Shown here: piece after piece, positions 9,197 to 17,977 of the stretch
How the letters are laid out: every line of letters starts with the position of its first letter
Numbering within the stretch: position 1 is the first letter of the stretch
Source: Candidatus Omnitrophota bacterium
Lineage (GTDB): Bacteria; Omnitrophota; Gorgyraeia; Zapsychrales; Zapsychraceae
Assembly: GCA_035292445.1 (NCBI GenBank)
Contig: DATDQB010000001.1
Location: forward strand, 7,530-71,529
Length of the DNA stretch: 64,000 nt
Reading direction: 5' to 3'
Notes under the pieces: model-generated
Told to the model about the DNA's origin: nothing
Database searches by the model: none
Seen by the model: only the letters and a program-made list of their open reading frames with translations
Made by a program: the position numbers and the translations under genes

Positions 9197-9960
9197 GACG
9201 ATACCTTTTTTTGCTTTGTTTTCAGCTTATCCAAAAGGATAGCGAAGGTCACTTTGACCATATAATAAAGTGTTTTCAGGTAACGAATGGAACTATTGCC
9301 CGAGGCCCGTTTACGCATCTTGACCGGAACTTCCTTGATCCGCGCGCGGTAGCGGCCGGCCACGACGATAGCTTCCGGCTCAGGGAAATCATGAGGATAA
9401 TAGTCGGCGAATACCTTGATGAGTTTCCGGTTAAAGGCGCGAAAACCTGAGGTCGGGTCGGTAACGGTGTATTGCGTCAAAAAACTGATCAATTGCGCGA
9501 AAAAATGGATGCCGACGCGCCGGATGAATGAAGAACGGTACCCCAGATAAGGAGGCAAGAACCGGCTGCCGATGGTCATGTCAACCTCGTCATTTAAGAC
9601 AGGATCGATGAGGGCTTTCAGGTAACTCACGTCATGCTGGCTGTCCCCGTCCACCTGGACCGCCACATCATATCCTTTTTCAAGGGCGAACTGAAAGCCC
9701 GTCTGGACCGCGCCGCCGATGCCCAGGTTAAAGGGAAGGTTAATGACAGATGCGTTCGTTTGCCTGGCCTGGGATACGGTTTGGTCCGTTGATCCGTCAT
9801 TAACCACAACGATGGATACGGCCAGAGCTTGTTGCACGATCTCTTCGATGGTTTTAACGATATTGGCTTGCTCATTATAGGCGGGAATGATAATAAGGAT
9901 CTTTTTTGTTTGCATCAGCGGTTCTGAAGTTTTTAACTTTTGTGCCGTGAACAAATTCAT
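9193..9960 (-). CDS. Family 2 glycosyltransferase, polyprenol-phosphate sugar synthase (Dpm1/GtrB-like)
   Basis: KILIIIPAYNEQANI...VVVNDGSTDQT...VQVDGDSQHD. 255 aa soluble GT-A domain. Confidence 0.85.
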   Translation of the reverse strand: MNLFTAQKLKTSEPLMQTKKILIIIPAYNEQANIVKTIEEIVQQALAVSIVVVNDGSTDQTVSQARQTNASVINLPFNLGIGGAVQTGFQFALEKGYDVAVQVDGDSQHDVSYLKALIDPVLNDEVDMTIGSRFLPPYLGYRSSFIRRVGIHFFAQLISFLTQYTVTDPTSGFRAFNRKLIKVFADYYPHDFPEPEAIVVAGRYRARIKEVPVKMRKRASGNSSIRYLKTLYYMVKVTFAILLDKLKTKQKKVSS

Positions 9961-11225
9961 TTTTTAGCCGCGTAAACCAAATAAACTGAAGCGTATTCGA
10001 TAAGGTCAATTGTTTTCTCTTCTTCCGTGAGCACCCTATCCGGCGTCACGCCCTGAAAACTGAAGACCTCCCCGTCCGGGTGATGGCCGCGGGCGGTCAC
10101 TAAAACCAGCATGGATTCATCGTCAAAATGGAACATGCTTTTTAAAAATACCTGCCCCGCCGTATTCTTCCCGATCAGAACGGCCCGCCCCTTGCGTTGC
10201 AAAATCCCGGAAAACAATTCGGCGGAACTGCCGCTGTTTTCATCAACCAGGATCACCAGCGGCCCGCTGTATTTATATTGGTCCGGGATGACCGGGACAT
10301 CCAAGGAGAATTTGGGCTGGTCCCTTTTTTGAAAGTAAGTGAACTCCTCGCCCCCGGGCAGAAAGAACGACGAGATCTCCCTGGCGGCCAAAGGCGGCCC
10401 GCCGGGATTGCCGCGCAGATCCAGGATCAAACCATTGATGGGCCCCTGTTGCTTCACAAAATTCAAATGGACCATGAGGTCTTCGGAGGTCTTGCGGTTG
10501 AACCGCGCGATCTTAAAGCAAAAAACGCCCGGCGCTTTGGTCGGCTCCAGGAATACGGTCTGCTTGAAATATTCTTTGCTGATAACTTCGATCTTCTTAA
10601 CCTTATTTTCATCCCTGTCCATGTAAGTCAATTTAACTTTCGAGTCGATCAATGGGTTGAGCAGTTCCTTTATTGCATCTTCCTTCATTTTGGTCGTTTT
10701 CTTCCCCCCGATGGTCAAAAGCACATCGCCGATCCTCAAACCCTTTTCATAAGCGTCCGAACGCGGCTCGACCTGTGTCGTTTGGTACCCTTGTGGCACG
10801 AGCGTCCCTTCGATGCCCAGATCGACACGCACCCCCAGCACGGTTTCCTCGTATTCTTTGGCCGGTTTGGGCGGATAAAAGGTCGAAAAGATATCATCGG
10901 GGTCTTTCAGTTTCTCGACCATGATATTGGCGCTTCGCCAGCGAATATAATCGATGGATTTGCCGGTCTCGTTGAGCTGGGAATAAATTTTGGTCTTGAA
11001 TTCTTCGAGAAAATGATCGAACGCCTCGCGGGGGACGCTTTGAAAATAATTCTCGCTCATGGTCTGATAGACTTTTTCGAAGAACTCGATATAACCTTGA
11101 TAGGCTTCTTCGTTGGCGTTGAGGGTCTGGGCTTTAAGGATCATAAGCGTCAGGAAAAAAAATTTGATAAGGGCCGGTTTCAATTTCTGTTTACGCGTCT
11201 GGCGCATTTCATTATACCTTAACAA
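9957..11225 (-). CDS. ctpA: S41 family C-terminal processing (tail-specific) peptidase
   Basis: LILDLRGNPGGP and ILVDENSGSSAELFSGILQ...AVLIGKNTAGQ motifs, plus a PDZ-like region (LRIGDVLLTIGGKKT). Confidence 0.85.
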   Translation of the reverse strand: MLRYNEMRQTRKQKLKPALIKFFFLTLMILKAQTLNANEEAYQGYIEFFEKVYQTMSENYFQSVPREAFDHFLEEFKTKIYSQLNETGKSIDYIRWRSANIMVEKLKDPDDIFSTFYPPKPAKEYEETVLGVRVDLGIEGTLVPQGYQTTQVEPRSDAYEKGLRIGDVLLTIGGKKTTKMKEDAIKELLNPLIDSKVKLTYMDRDENKVKKIEVISKEYFKQTVFLEPTKAPGVFCFKIARFNRKTSEDLMVHLNFVKQQGPINGLILDLRGNPGGPPLAAREISSFFLPGGEEFTYFQKRDQPKFSLDVPVIPDQYKYSGPLVILVDENSGSSAELFSGILQRKGRAVLIGKNTAGQVFLKSMFHFDDESMLVLVTARGHHPDGEVFSFQGVTPDRVLTEEEKTIDLIEYASVYLVYAAKK

Positions 11226-11931
11226 GGCTCTCTTTGGCGCTCAAAAACTCATTTAAATATTTTTCTTCGAGTGCGCTCATATTTTTTTTCTCTTGCGTGA
11301 CACCAAAGGATGCCTTCAAGGCATCTTTAAATTGGCGCGAAGATATGCCCGTATTGCTCACAAAATCCAAATGGCCTCTTTTCTGGCGGTATTCGGGGAT
11401 ATCTTCGGGCATTGTCAAATATTTTTCTATTAAAGGAAGGTCGAAATCGAGCAAGACCGTCCCGTGATGCATGATAAAATGCCTACCGCGTTTTTGTGCG
11501 TTGCCGGAAATTTTTTTCCGGTTGCGCTTTAAGGCGATATCCGAGACCGGAAAATAATCGGCCTCGACACCGGTGGATTTAAGCGCTTCCACGATGTGCC
11601 CCAAAATATATTGATAAGATTTCTTCAGGTCCCGGATATCTTTGCGGGATTCCTTGGATAAAATGAGCGTATAATTCAAACATCCTTTTCCCTGGAGCAC
11701 CGTGCCGCCCCCGGAGGCGCGGCGCAGGACCGGGATCCGGTCTTTGCCGACGGCTTCCCGCTGAACGTCCTCGTTTATCTTGCCGATGCGCCCCAGAACG
11801 ATAAAATAAACAGGCGATTCCCAAAAACGGATCGCCTCGCCTGCCTGATCGGTTTCGGCCAGATGATACAGGACTTCGTCAAATAAAATGTTCTTTTGCG
11901 GATCTTCGAAGGAAATATCCCTGGCCCACAT
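11212..11931 (-). CDS. lplA: Lipoate-protein ligase / octanoyltransferase family protein (LplA/LipM catalytic domain)
   Basis: RRASGGGTVLQGKGCLNYT and KKISGNAQKRGRHFIMHHGTVL (the lysine-containing LplA motif). Adjacent to the gcv operon, whose H-protein needs lipoylation. Confidence 0.8.
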   Translation of the reverse strand: MWARDISFEDPQKNILFDEVLYHLAETDQAGEAIRFWESPVYFIVLGRIGKINEDVQREAVGKDRIPVLRRASGGGTVLQGKGCLNYTLILSKESRKDIRDLKKSYQYILGHIVEALKSTGVEADYFPVSDIALKRNRKKISGNAQKRGRHFIMHHGTVLLDFDLPLIEKYLTMPEDIPEYRQKRGHLDFVSNTGISSRQFKDALKASFGVTQEKKNMSALEEKYLNEFLSAKESLVKV

Positions 11932-11939
11932 CGTATGGT

Positions 11940-13397
11940 CTATGCCGCCTGAGAAAAATAGTTGGTATTGATATCTCTGGCGGCTTTAACTTCGTCAGGA
12001 CGCGTGATAAGGGTTGTTTTAGGCAGATCGCGGAAGTGCTCGGGATTTTGCTGGCTCAGACGATCGGCCTCGAACATGGCCTCAATAAATTCGTCGATGG
12101 TGGCCTTGGCTTCCGTTTCCGTTGGCTCGATCATGATAGATTCATGGACCGTCAGCGGAAAATAGACCGTTGGCGGGTGCATCCCTTTATCGATCAAAAA
12201 TTTGGCGATATCCATGGCATGGACACCGCGCTCGGCCTGATTGTCAGCCGAAAAAACACACTCGTGCATGCACAAACGATCAAAGGGCAGCTTATACGCC
12301 TTTTTCAGGCGTTCTTTCACGTAATTGGCGTTCAAAACAGCGTGGTTGCTGACCTCTTTAAGGCCTTCCTTCCCTAATAATAATATATAGGCGTACGCCC
12401 GAAGCAAAAGCGCAAAATTGCCGTAAAAGGAAGCGATGTAGCCGATGGAATCAGGATAATCATAATTCAAATAATAAGTGCCGTCCTTGCGAAGGCAAAC
12501 GCGGGAGATCGGCAAATACGGGATCAGCTTTTTATTGACGCCTACCGGCCCCGCTCCGGGGCCGCCGCCCCCGTGAGGGGTGGTGAACGTTTTGTGCGTA
12601 TTGATATGCATGACATCAAAGCCAATGTCACCGGGCCGGCAACGGCCAAGGATCGCGTTCAAATTCGCCCCATCATAATACATGATCCCATCCACGTCAT
12701 GGACCATCTTGGCGATCTTATCGATATCGGAGTTAAAAATGCCGTGCGTGTTGGGGCAGGTCAGCATCATGCCCGCGACTTCATCATTGAGCTTGGACTG
12801 AAGGACTTTGAGGTCCATGACGCCGTTCTTATCGGAAGGGATCGAAACAGATTCATACCCGGCGATGGCCGCGGTCGCCGGATTGGTCCCGTGTGCCGAA
12901 TCAGGGACAATAATGGTTTTTTTCTTATTCCCCTTGGCCCGATGGTACGCCGCCATCATCATGACCCCGGTCAACTCCCCGTGCGCGCCGGCCAACGGCT
13001 GCATGGTAAAAGCGTCCATGCCGGTCATTTCGCAAAAAAGTTTTTCCATCTCAAAAAGGACCTGAAGGGCGCCCTGAGCCAGCTTCTCCCCCTGTTTTAA
13101 TTGGGGCAACAAAGGATGCAAATGCGCGAAACCCGGGGTCTGCGCCACGGCTTCGCAAAATTTGGGATTATATTTCATGGTGCAGGAACCTAATGGGTAA
13201 AAATTGGTATCGATGGAAAAATTCTGCTGGGACAACTGCGTGTAATGACGGACCACGTCCAACTCCGTCATCTCCGGAAACTGGCAGGCGGTCTTTCTTT
13301 TGTAAACCTCGGGTATAGCTGTCTTGACTTCCACATCCGATCTTGGAGGAATGTAACCGTGACGGCCCGGAACGCTTTTCTCAAATATAAGTTTCAT
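11940..13397 (-). CDS. gcvPB: Glycine dehydrogenase (decarboxylating) subunit 2 (P-protein C-terminal half)
   Basis: The ORF track starts at 13442. The likely real start is MKLIFEKS at 13397, which makes an ATGA overlap with the gcvPA stop. PLP-enzyme motifs are present and the sequence is the typical GcvPB. Confidence 0.9.
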   Translation of the reverse strand: MKLIFEKSVPGRHGYIPPRSDVEVKTAIPEVYKRKTACQFPEMTELDVVRHYTQLSQQNFSIDTNFYPLGSCTMKYNPKFCEAVAQTPGFAHLHPLLPQLKQGEKLAQGALQVLFEMEKLFCEMTGMDAFTMQPLAGAHGELTGVMMMAAYHRAKGNKKKTIIVPDSAHGTNPATAAIAGYESVSIPSDKNGVMDLKVLQSKLNDEVAGMMLTCPNTHGIFNSDIDKIAKMVHDVDGIMYYDGANLNAILGRCRPGDIGFDVMHINTHKTFTTPHGGGGPGAGPVGVNKKLIPYLPISRVCLRKDGTYYLNYDYPDSIGYIASFYGNFALLLRAYAYILLLGKEGLKEVSNHAVLNANYVKERLKKAYKLPFDRLCMHECVFSADNQAERGVHAMDIAKFLIDKGMHPPTVYFPLTVHESIMIEPTETEAKATIDEFIEAMFEADRLSQQNPEHFRDLPKTTLITRPDEVKAARDINTNYFSQAA

Positions 13398-14755
13398 GTA
13401 CGGACCTCCACGCGGCATTCCTGCAACGCCTGCTCTAAACACTTAACGTAGCGTAAAATTTCATCTTTGGTCCGCTTTTCGGTGACGGCCACGACCATAT
13501 AATTCTCCATCCCCGGATAATAGCGCCCCAGCGGGAAACCGGCGGCGAAACCTTTATGGATCATTTTTTCGACCACAATGGAAGCATCCACCGGCAAACA
13601 AACCGTGAATTCGTTAAAGGTCGGGGAACTGCGCTTGAGTTGGACGTCTTTTATCTTTTCGATCTGTTGGCGGGCGAACTCGGCTTTCTCAAAATTTGTT
13701 TGCGCCAATTGCCTTAACCCCTCTTTGCCCAACGCCGTCATGAAAATGGCGGCCTGAAGCGCGCATAAGGAAACGTTGGTGCAGATGTTGGACATGGCTT
13801 TTTCACGGCGGATGTGCTGCTCCCGGGCCTGTAGGGTGTTGACAAAACACCTTTTGCCGTGCATATCAAGTGTTTGCCCGACAATGCGCCCGGGCATCTT
13901 GCGGATGAATTTTTTGCGCGTGGCCATGAACCCCAGGTACGGCCCGCCGAAATTAAGCGGCAACCCTAAGCTCTGACCTTCGCCGGTCACGATGTCCACG
14001 CCCATCTCGCCCGGCGTTTTCAGCAACCCCAACGATATCGGATAAACGCTCTCGATAACAAGCGCGCCTTTTTCATGCGCTTTATTGACAATGTCGGTAT
14101 GGTCATCAATGACGCCGAAAAAATTCGGATTTTGTAAAATAACGGCTGAGGTCTTATCATCCAGTAATTTTAAGATCTGCTTACGGTCAGCCTGGCCGTG
14201 CACGAGCGGCGTTTCCTGGAATTCATAATGAAGGTTGCTGGTGTAGGTCCGCAGGATCTTACGGTAGATCGGGCTTACCCCGCCGTCGATGATGATCTTG
14301 TGCCGGCCCGTCAGGCGAAACGACATCATCGCCGCTTCATACAAGGCGGTGCCGCCGTCATACAAAGAGGCGTTCGCCACTTCCATGTCCGTGAGCGTGC
14401 AGATCAGGCTTTGGAATTCGTACAACGCCTGCAGCGTCCCTTGCGAGCACTCCGGCTGGTACGGCGTATACGCGGTATAGAATTCCCCGCGGGAAATAAG
14501 CGCCCCCACGACCGCCGGGACATAGTGGTCATAGTATCCGCCGCCGATAAATTGGACCAGATCAAAAGTATTCTTGGCAGCCAGCTTCTTGATATGCTCG
14601 AAGACCTCGAACTCACAACGGCCTTCCGGAAGGTTGAACGAATGCGGCGCATGCTGCGGCTTGATATCGACGAAAAGATCGTCGACCGAAGGCACGCCGA
14701 TCGCCTTAAGCATGTCCTGGACATCCTTTTGTGTATTGGCAATATAGGGAATCAA
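13394..14755 (-). CDS. gcvPA: Glycine dehydrogenase (decarboxylating) subunit 1
   Basis: 453 aa. Typical GcvPA N-terminus MIPYIANTQKDVQDMLKAIGV. Confidence 0.9.
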   Translation of the reverse strand: MIPYIANTQKDVQDMLKAIGVPSVDDLFVDIKPQHAPHSFNLPEGRCEFEVFEHIKKLAAKNTFDLVQFIGGGYYDHYVPAVVGALISRGEFYTAYTPYQPECSQGTLQALYEFQSLICTLTDMEVANASLYDGGTALYEAAMMSFRLTGRHKIIIDGGVSPIYRKILRTYTSNLHYEFQETPLVHGQADRKQILKLLDDKTSAVILQNPNFFGVIDDHTDIVNKAHEKGALVIESVYPISLGLLKTPGEMGVDIVTGEGQSLGLPLNFGGPYLGFMATRKKFIRKMPGRIVGQTLDMHGKRCFVNTLQAREQHIRREKAMSNICTNVSLCALQAAIFMTALGKEGLRQLAQTNFEKAEFARQQIEKIKDVQLKRSSPTFNEFTVCLPVDASIVVEKMIHKGFAAGFPLGRYYPGMENYMVVAVTEKRTKDEILRYVKCLEQALQECRVEVRT

Positions 14756-14811
14756 GTGTGTTTCCTTACGTTGAAGGGCAGATCGATACGGTGAGCGACT
14801 GATTCCAATGG

Positions 14812-15204
14812 CTAACCGGAGCTGACAAGAAACTCCCGATATTCTTCAGCCGTCATCAGATTGTTTTTCTCATCAGGGTCAGAAATTTTAACGCGGGCGA
14901 TCCACCCCTTTTCGTAGGGGGATTTATTGATCAAACCCGGCTCGGATTCCAGTTCTTTATTGACTTCAATGACCTCTCCCGACATCGGAGAAAAAATATC
15001 GTTGGCGGCTTTGACCGACTCAATGGAAGCCACCTGTTCAAACTGCTCGAGCTCATCCCCGAGCTCAGGAAGCTCCACATAGGTAATATCGCCCAACTGC
15101 TCCTGGGCGTAATCGCTAATACCTATGGTAACGGTTTTATCATCGTCAATACTGACCCATTCGTGTTCCTTGGTGTACAGTAAGTGCTCCTCAACGTCTG
15201 CCAT
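14812..15204 (-). CDS. gcvH: Glycine cleavage system H protein (lipoyl carrier)
   Basis: 130 aa. Lipoyl-lysine motif ESVKAANDI. Confidence 0.92.
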   Translation of the reverse strand: MADVEEHLLYTKEHEWVSIDDDKTVTIGISDYAQEQLGDITYVELPELGDELEQFEQVASIESVKAANDIFSPMSGEVIEVNKELESEPGLINKSPYEKGWIARVKISDPDEKNNLMTAEEYREFLVSSG

Positions 15205-15219
15205 GTCGCTTTGTCTCCT

Positions 15220-16320
15220 TTAATTCTTTAATGAACCACTTTTGTAGAATATTTTACTTGTTATCATAGCGGAATTTTTATTTTTTTCATCACCAAAAAA
15301 TATTTTTTTATCCTGCGCCTCAAAGCCGCATTTTACGAACCCGAGCCCGATGCCCCTGGTGACACTCGGCGAGAAGGTACCGCTGGTGACATAACCGATC
15401 TCTTCGTCGTTTTCGGAAAATATTTTATTGGATTGCCTGGGGCTGCGACGGTTATCGGAAATCACCCCGACAATCTTTCTTTTGAGGCCTTTTTCCTTTA
15501 ACTTTAAAAGAGCATCTTTGCCGATAAAATCTTTGTTGAAATCCACGAACCGCGCCAAACCGGCTTCCAAAGGATTGATCGTTTCATCCAATTCATGGCC
15601 GTAGAGGCTGTAGCCGACCTCCAGGCGCAGCACATCGCGCGCTCCGAGCCCAGCCGGTTTTACTTTATCATTCTTTAGAAATTCCTTCCATAATTTTTCT
15701 GTTTTATCCCAGGGATAAAAAATCTCGTATCCCAATTCCCCCGTGTAGCCGGTGCGGCTGATGAGCACATTCTCCCCCAACAGATCAAAGAAATCAAACT
15801 GAAAATACGCCAAACGCGTCACTTGAGGGGCCAATGCCTTTAAAATATCACGAGATAAAGGCCCTTGAATGTCGATCTTTCCTAAGTCAAAAGTAACGTC
15901 TTTAAAGGTCGATTGTTTGGTCAGATTTTTCCGGATATGCGCGGCGTCTTTTTCTGTCGTGGCGCCGTTGACCACGATGAACCATTTTTCTGTCTCGAGA
16001 CGAAAAACAATGCAATCATCGATGGTGCCCCCCGCTTCATTGAGCATGGTGCCGTAGCGTGAAGTTCTGACCGGCATATCACTTAAGGGCATCGTCACGA
16101 TACGCTCCAGGCCGGAAATCTTCGCATCGCCCTCGACAATGAACTCGCCCATGTGAGAGATATCAAAAATGGCGCATCTTTTCCTGGTCTGTTCATACTC
16201 GGCAAGGATCCCCTCGTACTGGAGCGGCATTTCCCATCCACCGAAGGGGACCATCTTGGCGTTCAAGGCCAGATGCGCTTCATAAAGCGGCGTGCGTTTG
16301 AGAGAAGTTTGAGTGTCCAT
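15220..16320 (-). CDS. gcvT: Glycine cleavage system T protein (aminomethyltransferase)
   Basis: The ORF track starts at 16344. The likely start is MDTQTSLKRTPLYEAH at 16320, which makes a TAATG overlap with the uppP stop. Confidence 0.88.
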   Translation of the reverse strand: MDTQTSLKRTPLYEAHLALNAKMVPFGGWEMPLQYEGILAEYEQTRKRCAIFDISHMGEFIVEGDAKISGLERIVTMPLSDMPVRTSRYGTMLNEAGGTIDDCIVFRLETEKWFIVVNGATTEKDAAHIRKNLTKQSTFKDVTFDLGKIDIQGPLSRDILKALAPQVTRLAYFQFDFFDLLGENVLISRTGYTGELGYEIFYPWDKTEKLWKEFLKNDKVKPAGLGARDVLRLEVGYSLYGHELDETINPLEAGLARFVDFNKDFIGKDALLKLKEKGLKRKIVGVISDNRRSPRQSNKIFSENDEEIGYVTSGTFSPSVTRGIGLGFVKCGFEAQDKKIFFGDEKNKNSAMITSKIFYKSGSLKN

Positions 16321-17096
16321 TAAAGGGAAGCTCCCACCCACCAAAAGACCAGGGCAACAATGATTCGGTAGATCCCAAAAGGGATAAAATTATGGTTTTT
16401 AATGAAATGAAGCAGGAATTTAATGCTCAATAACGCGACCGCGAATGATGTGACAAAGCCTACCGTTAAAAGGCCGAACTCATCCCGGCTAAATTGACCT
16501 GCGCTATGGGTCAAGTCCAAAGCCGTGGCCCCCGCCATGGTAGGGACCGCCAACAGAAAAGAAAACTCGACGATCGTTGTCCTGTTGACCCCCAAGATCA
16601 GTCCGCCGATGATCGTTGCCGCGGCCCGTGATACCCCGGGGACGATGGAAAGGGCTTGAAAGATCCCGATTAAAGCCGCTTGTTTATAAGACATCTGCCC
16701 GATCGCCTCCACTGCAACCTTCTTTCCCTTATACCACCTTTCAAAAACAATCAAAAATATCCCGCCCAGCATCAACGCCCATGTGACCAGCTGGTGATCA
16801 TCCAAAAGCGATTCTTTGATAAACCTATAAAAAATGAGCCCGGCCACCGCCGTCGGCAGAAAGGCGATAAAAATGCGCTTTAAGGCTTCCCCATCGCGGG
16901 CCAAAACCCCGCGGTATAAAAAGATCACGGATAAAATGGCGCCCAATTGAATGGCCACCTCAAAACTTTTTAGGAACTCATCCTGCGGCAACTGCAAAAG
17001 CTTCGATGTCAGGATCAAATGCCCCGTTGAGGAAACGGGCAAGAATTCCGTGATCCCTTCGACAACACCCAACACAAAAGCTGAAAATAAGTCCAT
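16320..17096 (-). CDS. uppP: Undecaprenyl-diphosphatase
   Basis: MDLFSAFVLGVVEGITEFLPVSSTGHL (BacA signature). 258 aa polytopic membrane protein. Confidence 0.92.
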   Translation of the reverse strand: MDLFSAFVLGVVEGITEFLPVSSTGHLILTSKLLQLPQDEFLKSFEVAIQLGAILSVIFLYRGVLARDGEALKRIFIAFLPTAVAGLIFYRFIKESLLDDHQLVTWALMLGGIFLIVFERWYKGKKVAVEAIGQMSYKQAALIGIFQALSIVPGVSRAAATIIGGLILGVNRTTIVEFSFLLAVPTMAGATALDLTHSAGQFSRDEFGLLTVGFVTSFAVALLSIKFLLHFIKNHNFIPFGIYRIIVALVFWWVGASL

Positions 17097-17133
17097 ATTG
17101 TTCTTCTTTTCCAGAATGCTTTTGAAGGATTAT

Positions 17134-17382
17134 CTAAATAAGTCGCTTTCGTAAGAAAGCTCTCCCGGCATGGCTTTTAAGATAGACTTCAAATTTTTGA
17201 GCTGGTTCTTTATCGTTAAAAACAACATGCGTTTCTAATTCCCACGGTGCATATTGCCGAGTATAAGCACTGACTTTAGGGTCTTGATGGTCTTCCATTC
17301 TTCTTTCGAGATCAGTTGTATAACCAATGTAAATCCTGTCGGGATGGCTTTTACTTTTTAGAATGTATACATAATATTTCAT
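17134..17382 (-). CDS. GIY-YIG nuclease family protein (YhbQ/COG2827-like small stand-alone domain), copy 1
   Basis: 82 aa. MKYYVYILKSKSHPDRIYIGYTTDLERRMEDH fits the GIY-YIG consensus. Confidence 0.8.
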   Translation of the reverse strand: MKYYVYILKSKSHPDRIYIGYTTDLERRMEDHQDPKVSAYTRQYAPWELETHVVFNDKEPAQKFEVYLKSHAGRAFLRKRLI

Positions 17383-17560
17383 TAATTCAATTAACCTGGT
17401 CAGGCTCCGCCGAAATTGCTTTCGCGTTCGGCTACGCCTGACAACAGGCTTCGTTCCCCAAAACCATAAAAGAACTACACCACACTACACTGAAGGCGAA
17501 GCCAGGCGTAGTTCCCAAACGAAAGTTTTGCCTGCCTGTCGGCAGACAGGGAACGAAGCC
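17383..17560 (-). other. GC-rich structured non-coding element between tRNA-Arg and GIY-YIG copy 1 (nested inverted repeats and a GNRA-loop hairpin); candidate structured RNA or attachment-site remnant
   Basis: A 14-nt inverted repeat: caggcttcgttccc (17445-17458) against gggaacgaagcctg (17549-17562). A 9-nt inverted repeat: ctacgcctg (17432-17440) against caggcgtag (17503-17511). Hairpins cctgtc-ggca-gacagg (17535-17550) and aaac-gaaa-gttt (17517-17528). No ORF. Confidence 0.4.
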
Positions 17561-17637
17561 TGGCGCGCCCAGAGGGACTTGAACCCCCAACCCTCTGGTC
17601 CGAAGCCAGATGCTCTATCCAATTGAGCTATGGGCGC
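17561..17637 (-). tRNA. tRNA-Arg (anticodon TCG), CCA encoded
   Basis: Minus-strand sequence GCGCCCATAGCTCAATTGGATAGAGCATCTGGCTTCGGACCAGAGGGTTGGGGGTTCAAGTCCCTCTGGGCGCGCCA folds as a cloverleaf: 7-bp acceptor, U8, D-arm GCTC/GAGC, anticodon stem TCTGG/CCAGA with loop CTTCGGA, and a GGTTCAAGTCC T-loop. Confidence 0.85.
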
Positions 17638-17884
17638 ATAAATTATTCAATATTCTATTTAGGACGCTTCGACCATTTCCTGTCTTTAAAAACTTTTCTC
17701 TTCTTTTCGCTTTCGTCTCAGAATCAAATTGTTCCTCATAAATCAACTCATAAGGTCGATGGCCTTTTGTATATTTATTGGATCCGTCATTATGCTCCCT
17801 GAGTCTGTTCAAAGGCAGTTTCGACGTATAACCAACATATTTTTTACCATTCTTCAAACTTTTTAAAATATATACATAAAACAT
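17615..17884 (-). CDS. GIY-YIG nuclease family protein (YhbQ-like), copy 2; 3-prime end overlaps the tRNA-Arg 5-prime end by about 23 nt
   Basis: The track ORF 17615-18079 has an out-of-context N-terminal extension. The GIY-YIG domain starts at the internal MFYVYILKSLKNGKKYVGYTSKL (ATG at 17884). Confidence 0.7.
   Translation of the reverse strand: MFYVYILKSLKNGKKYVGYTSKLPLNRLREHNDGSNKYTKGHRPYELIYEEQFDSETKAKRREKFLKTGNGRSVLNRILNNLCAHSSIG
17625..17638 (-). repeat. 14-nt direct repeat copy A (gagctatgggcgca), the 5-prime acceptor/D-arm of tRNA-Arg
   Basis: Identical 14-mer at 17964-17977. The two copies bracket GIY-YIG copy 2. Confidence 0.6.
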
Positions 17885-17963
17885 AATAATTGTTGTGTCC
17901 GCCAAAAAACATGGCGGACTCCCGCCAAAAATGTCAGTTGAACCCGCCAAGCTTTTTGGCGGG

Positions 17964-17977
17964 GAGCTATGGGCGCA
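17964..17977 (-). repeat. 14-nt direct repeat copy B (gagctatgggcgca) within a degenerate tRNA-like fragment
   Basis: Identical to 17625-17638. The upstream flank carries ttgaaccc (T-loop-like) and ccgccaa...ttggcgg hairpins, so 17900-17980 looks like a truncated tRNA-derived sequence. Confidence 0.55.

Noticed and set aside
10197-11222. 341-aa plus-strand ORF antisense to the S41 peptidase
   Set aside because: Mirror ORF of ctpA. Low-complexity, Gly/Arg/Phe-rich, no motifs.
12573-14794. Several 85-200-aa plus-strand ORFs antisense to gcvPB/gcvPA
   Set aside because: All lie inside strongly supported glycine dehydrogenase genes. They are antisense artefacts.
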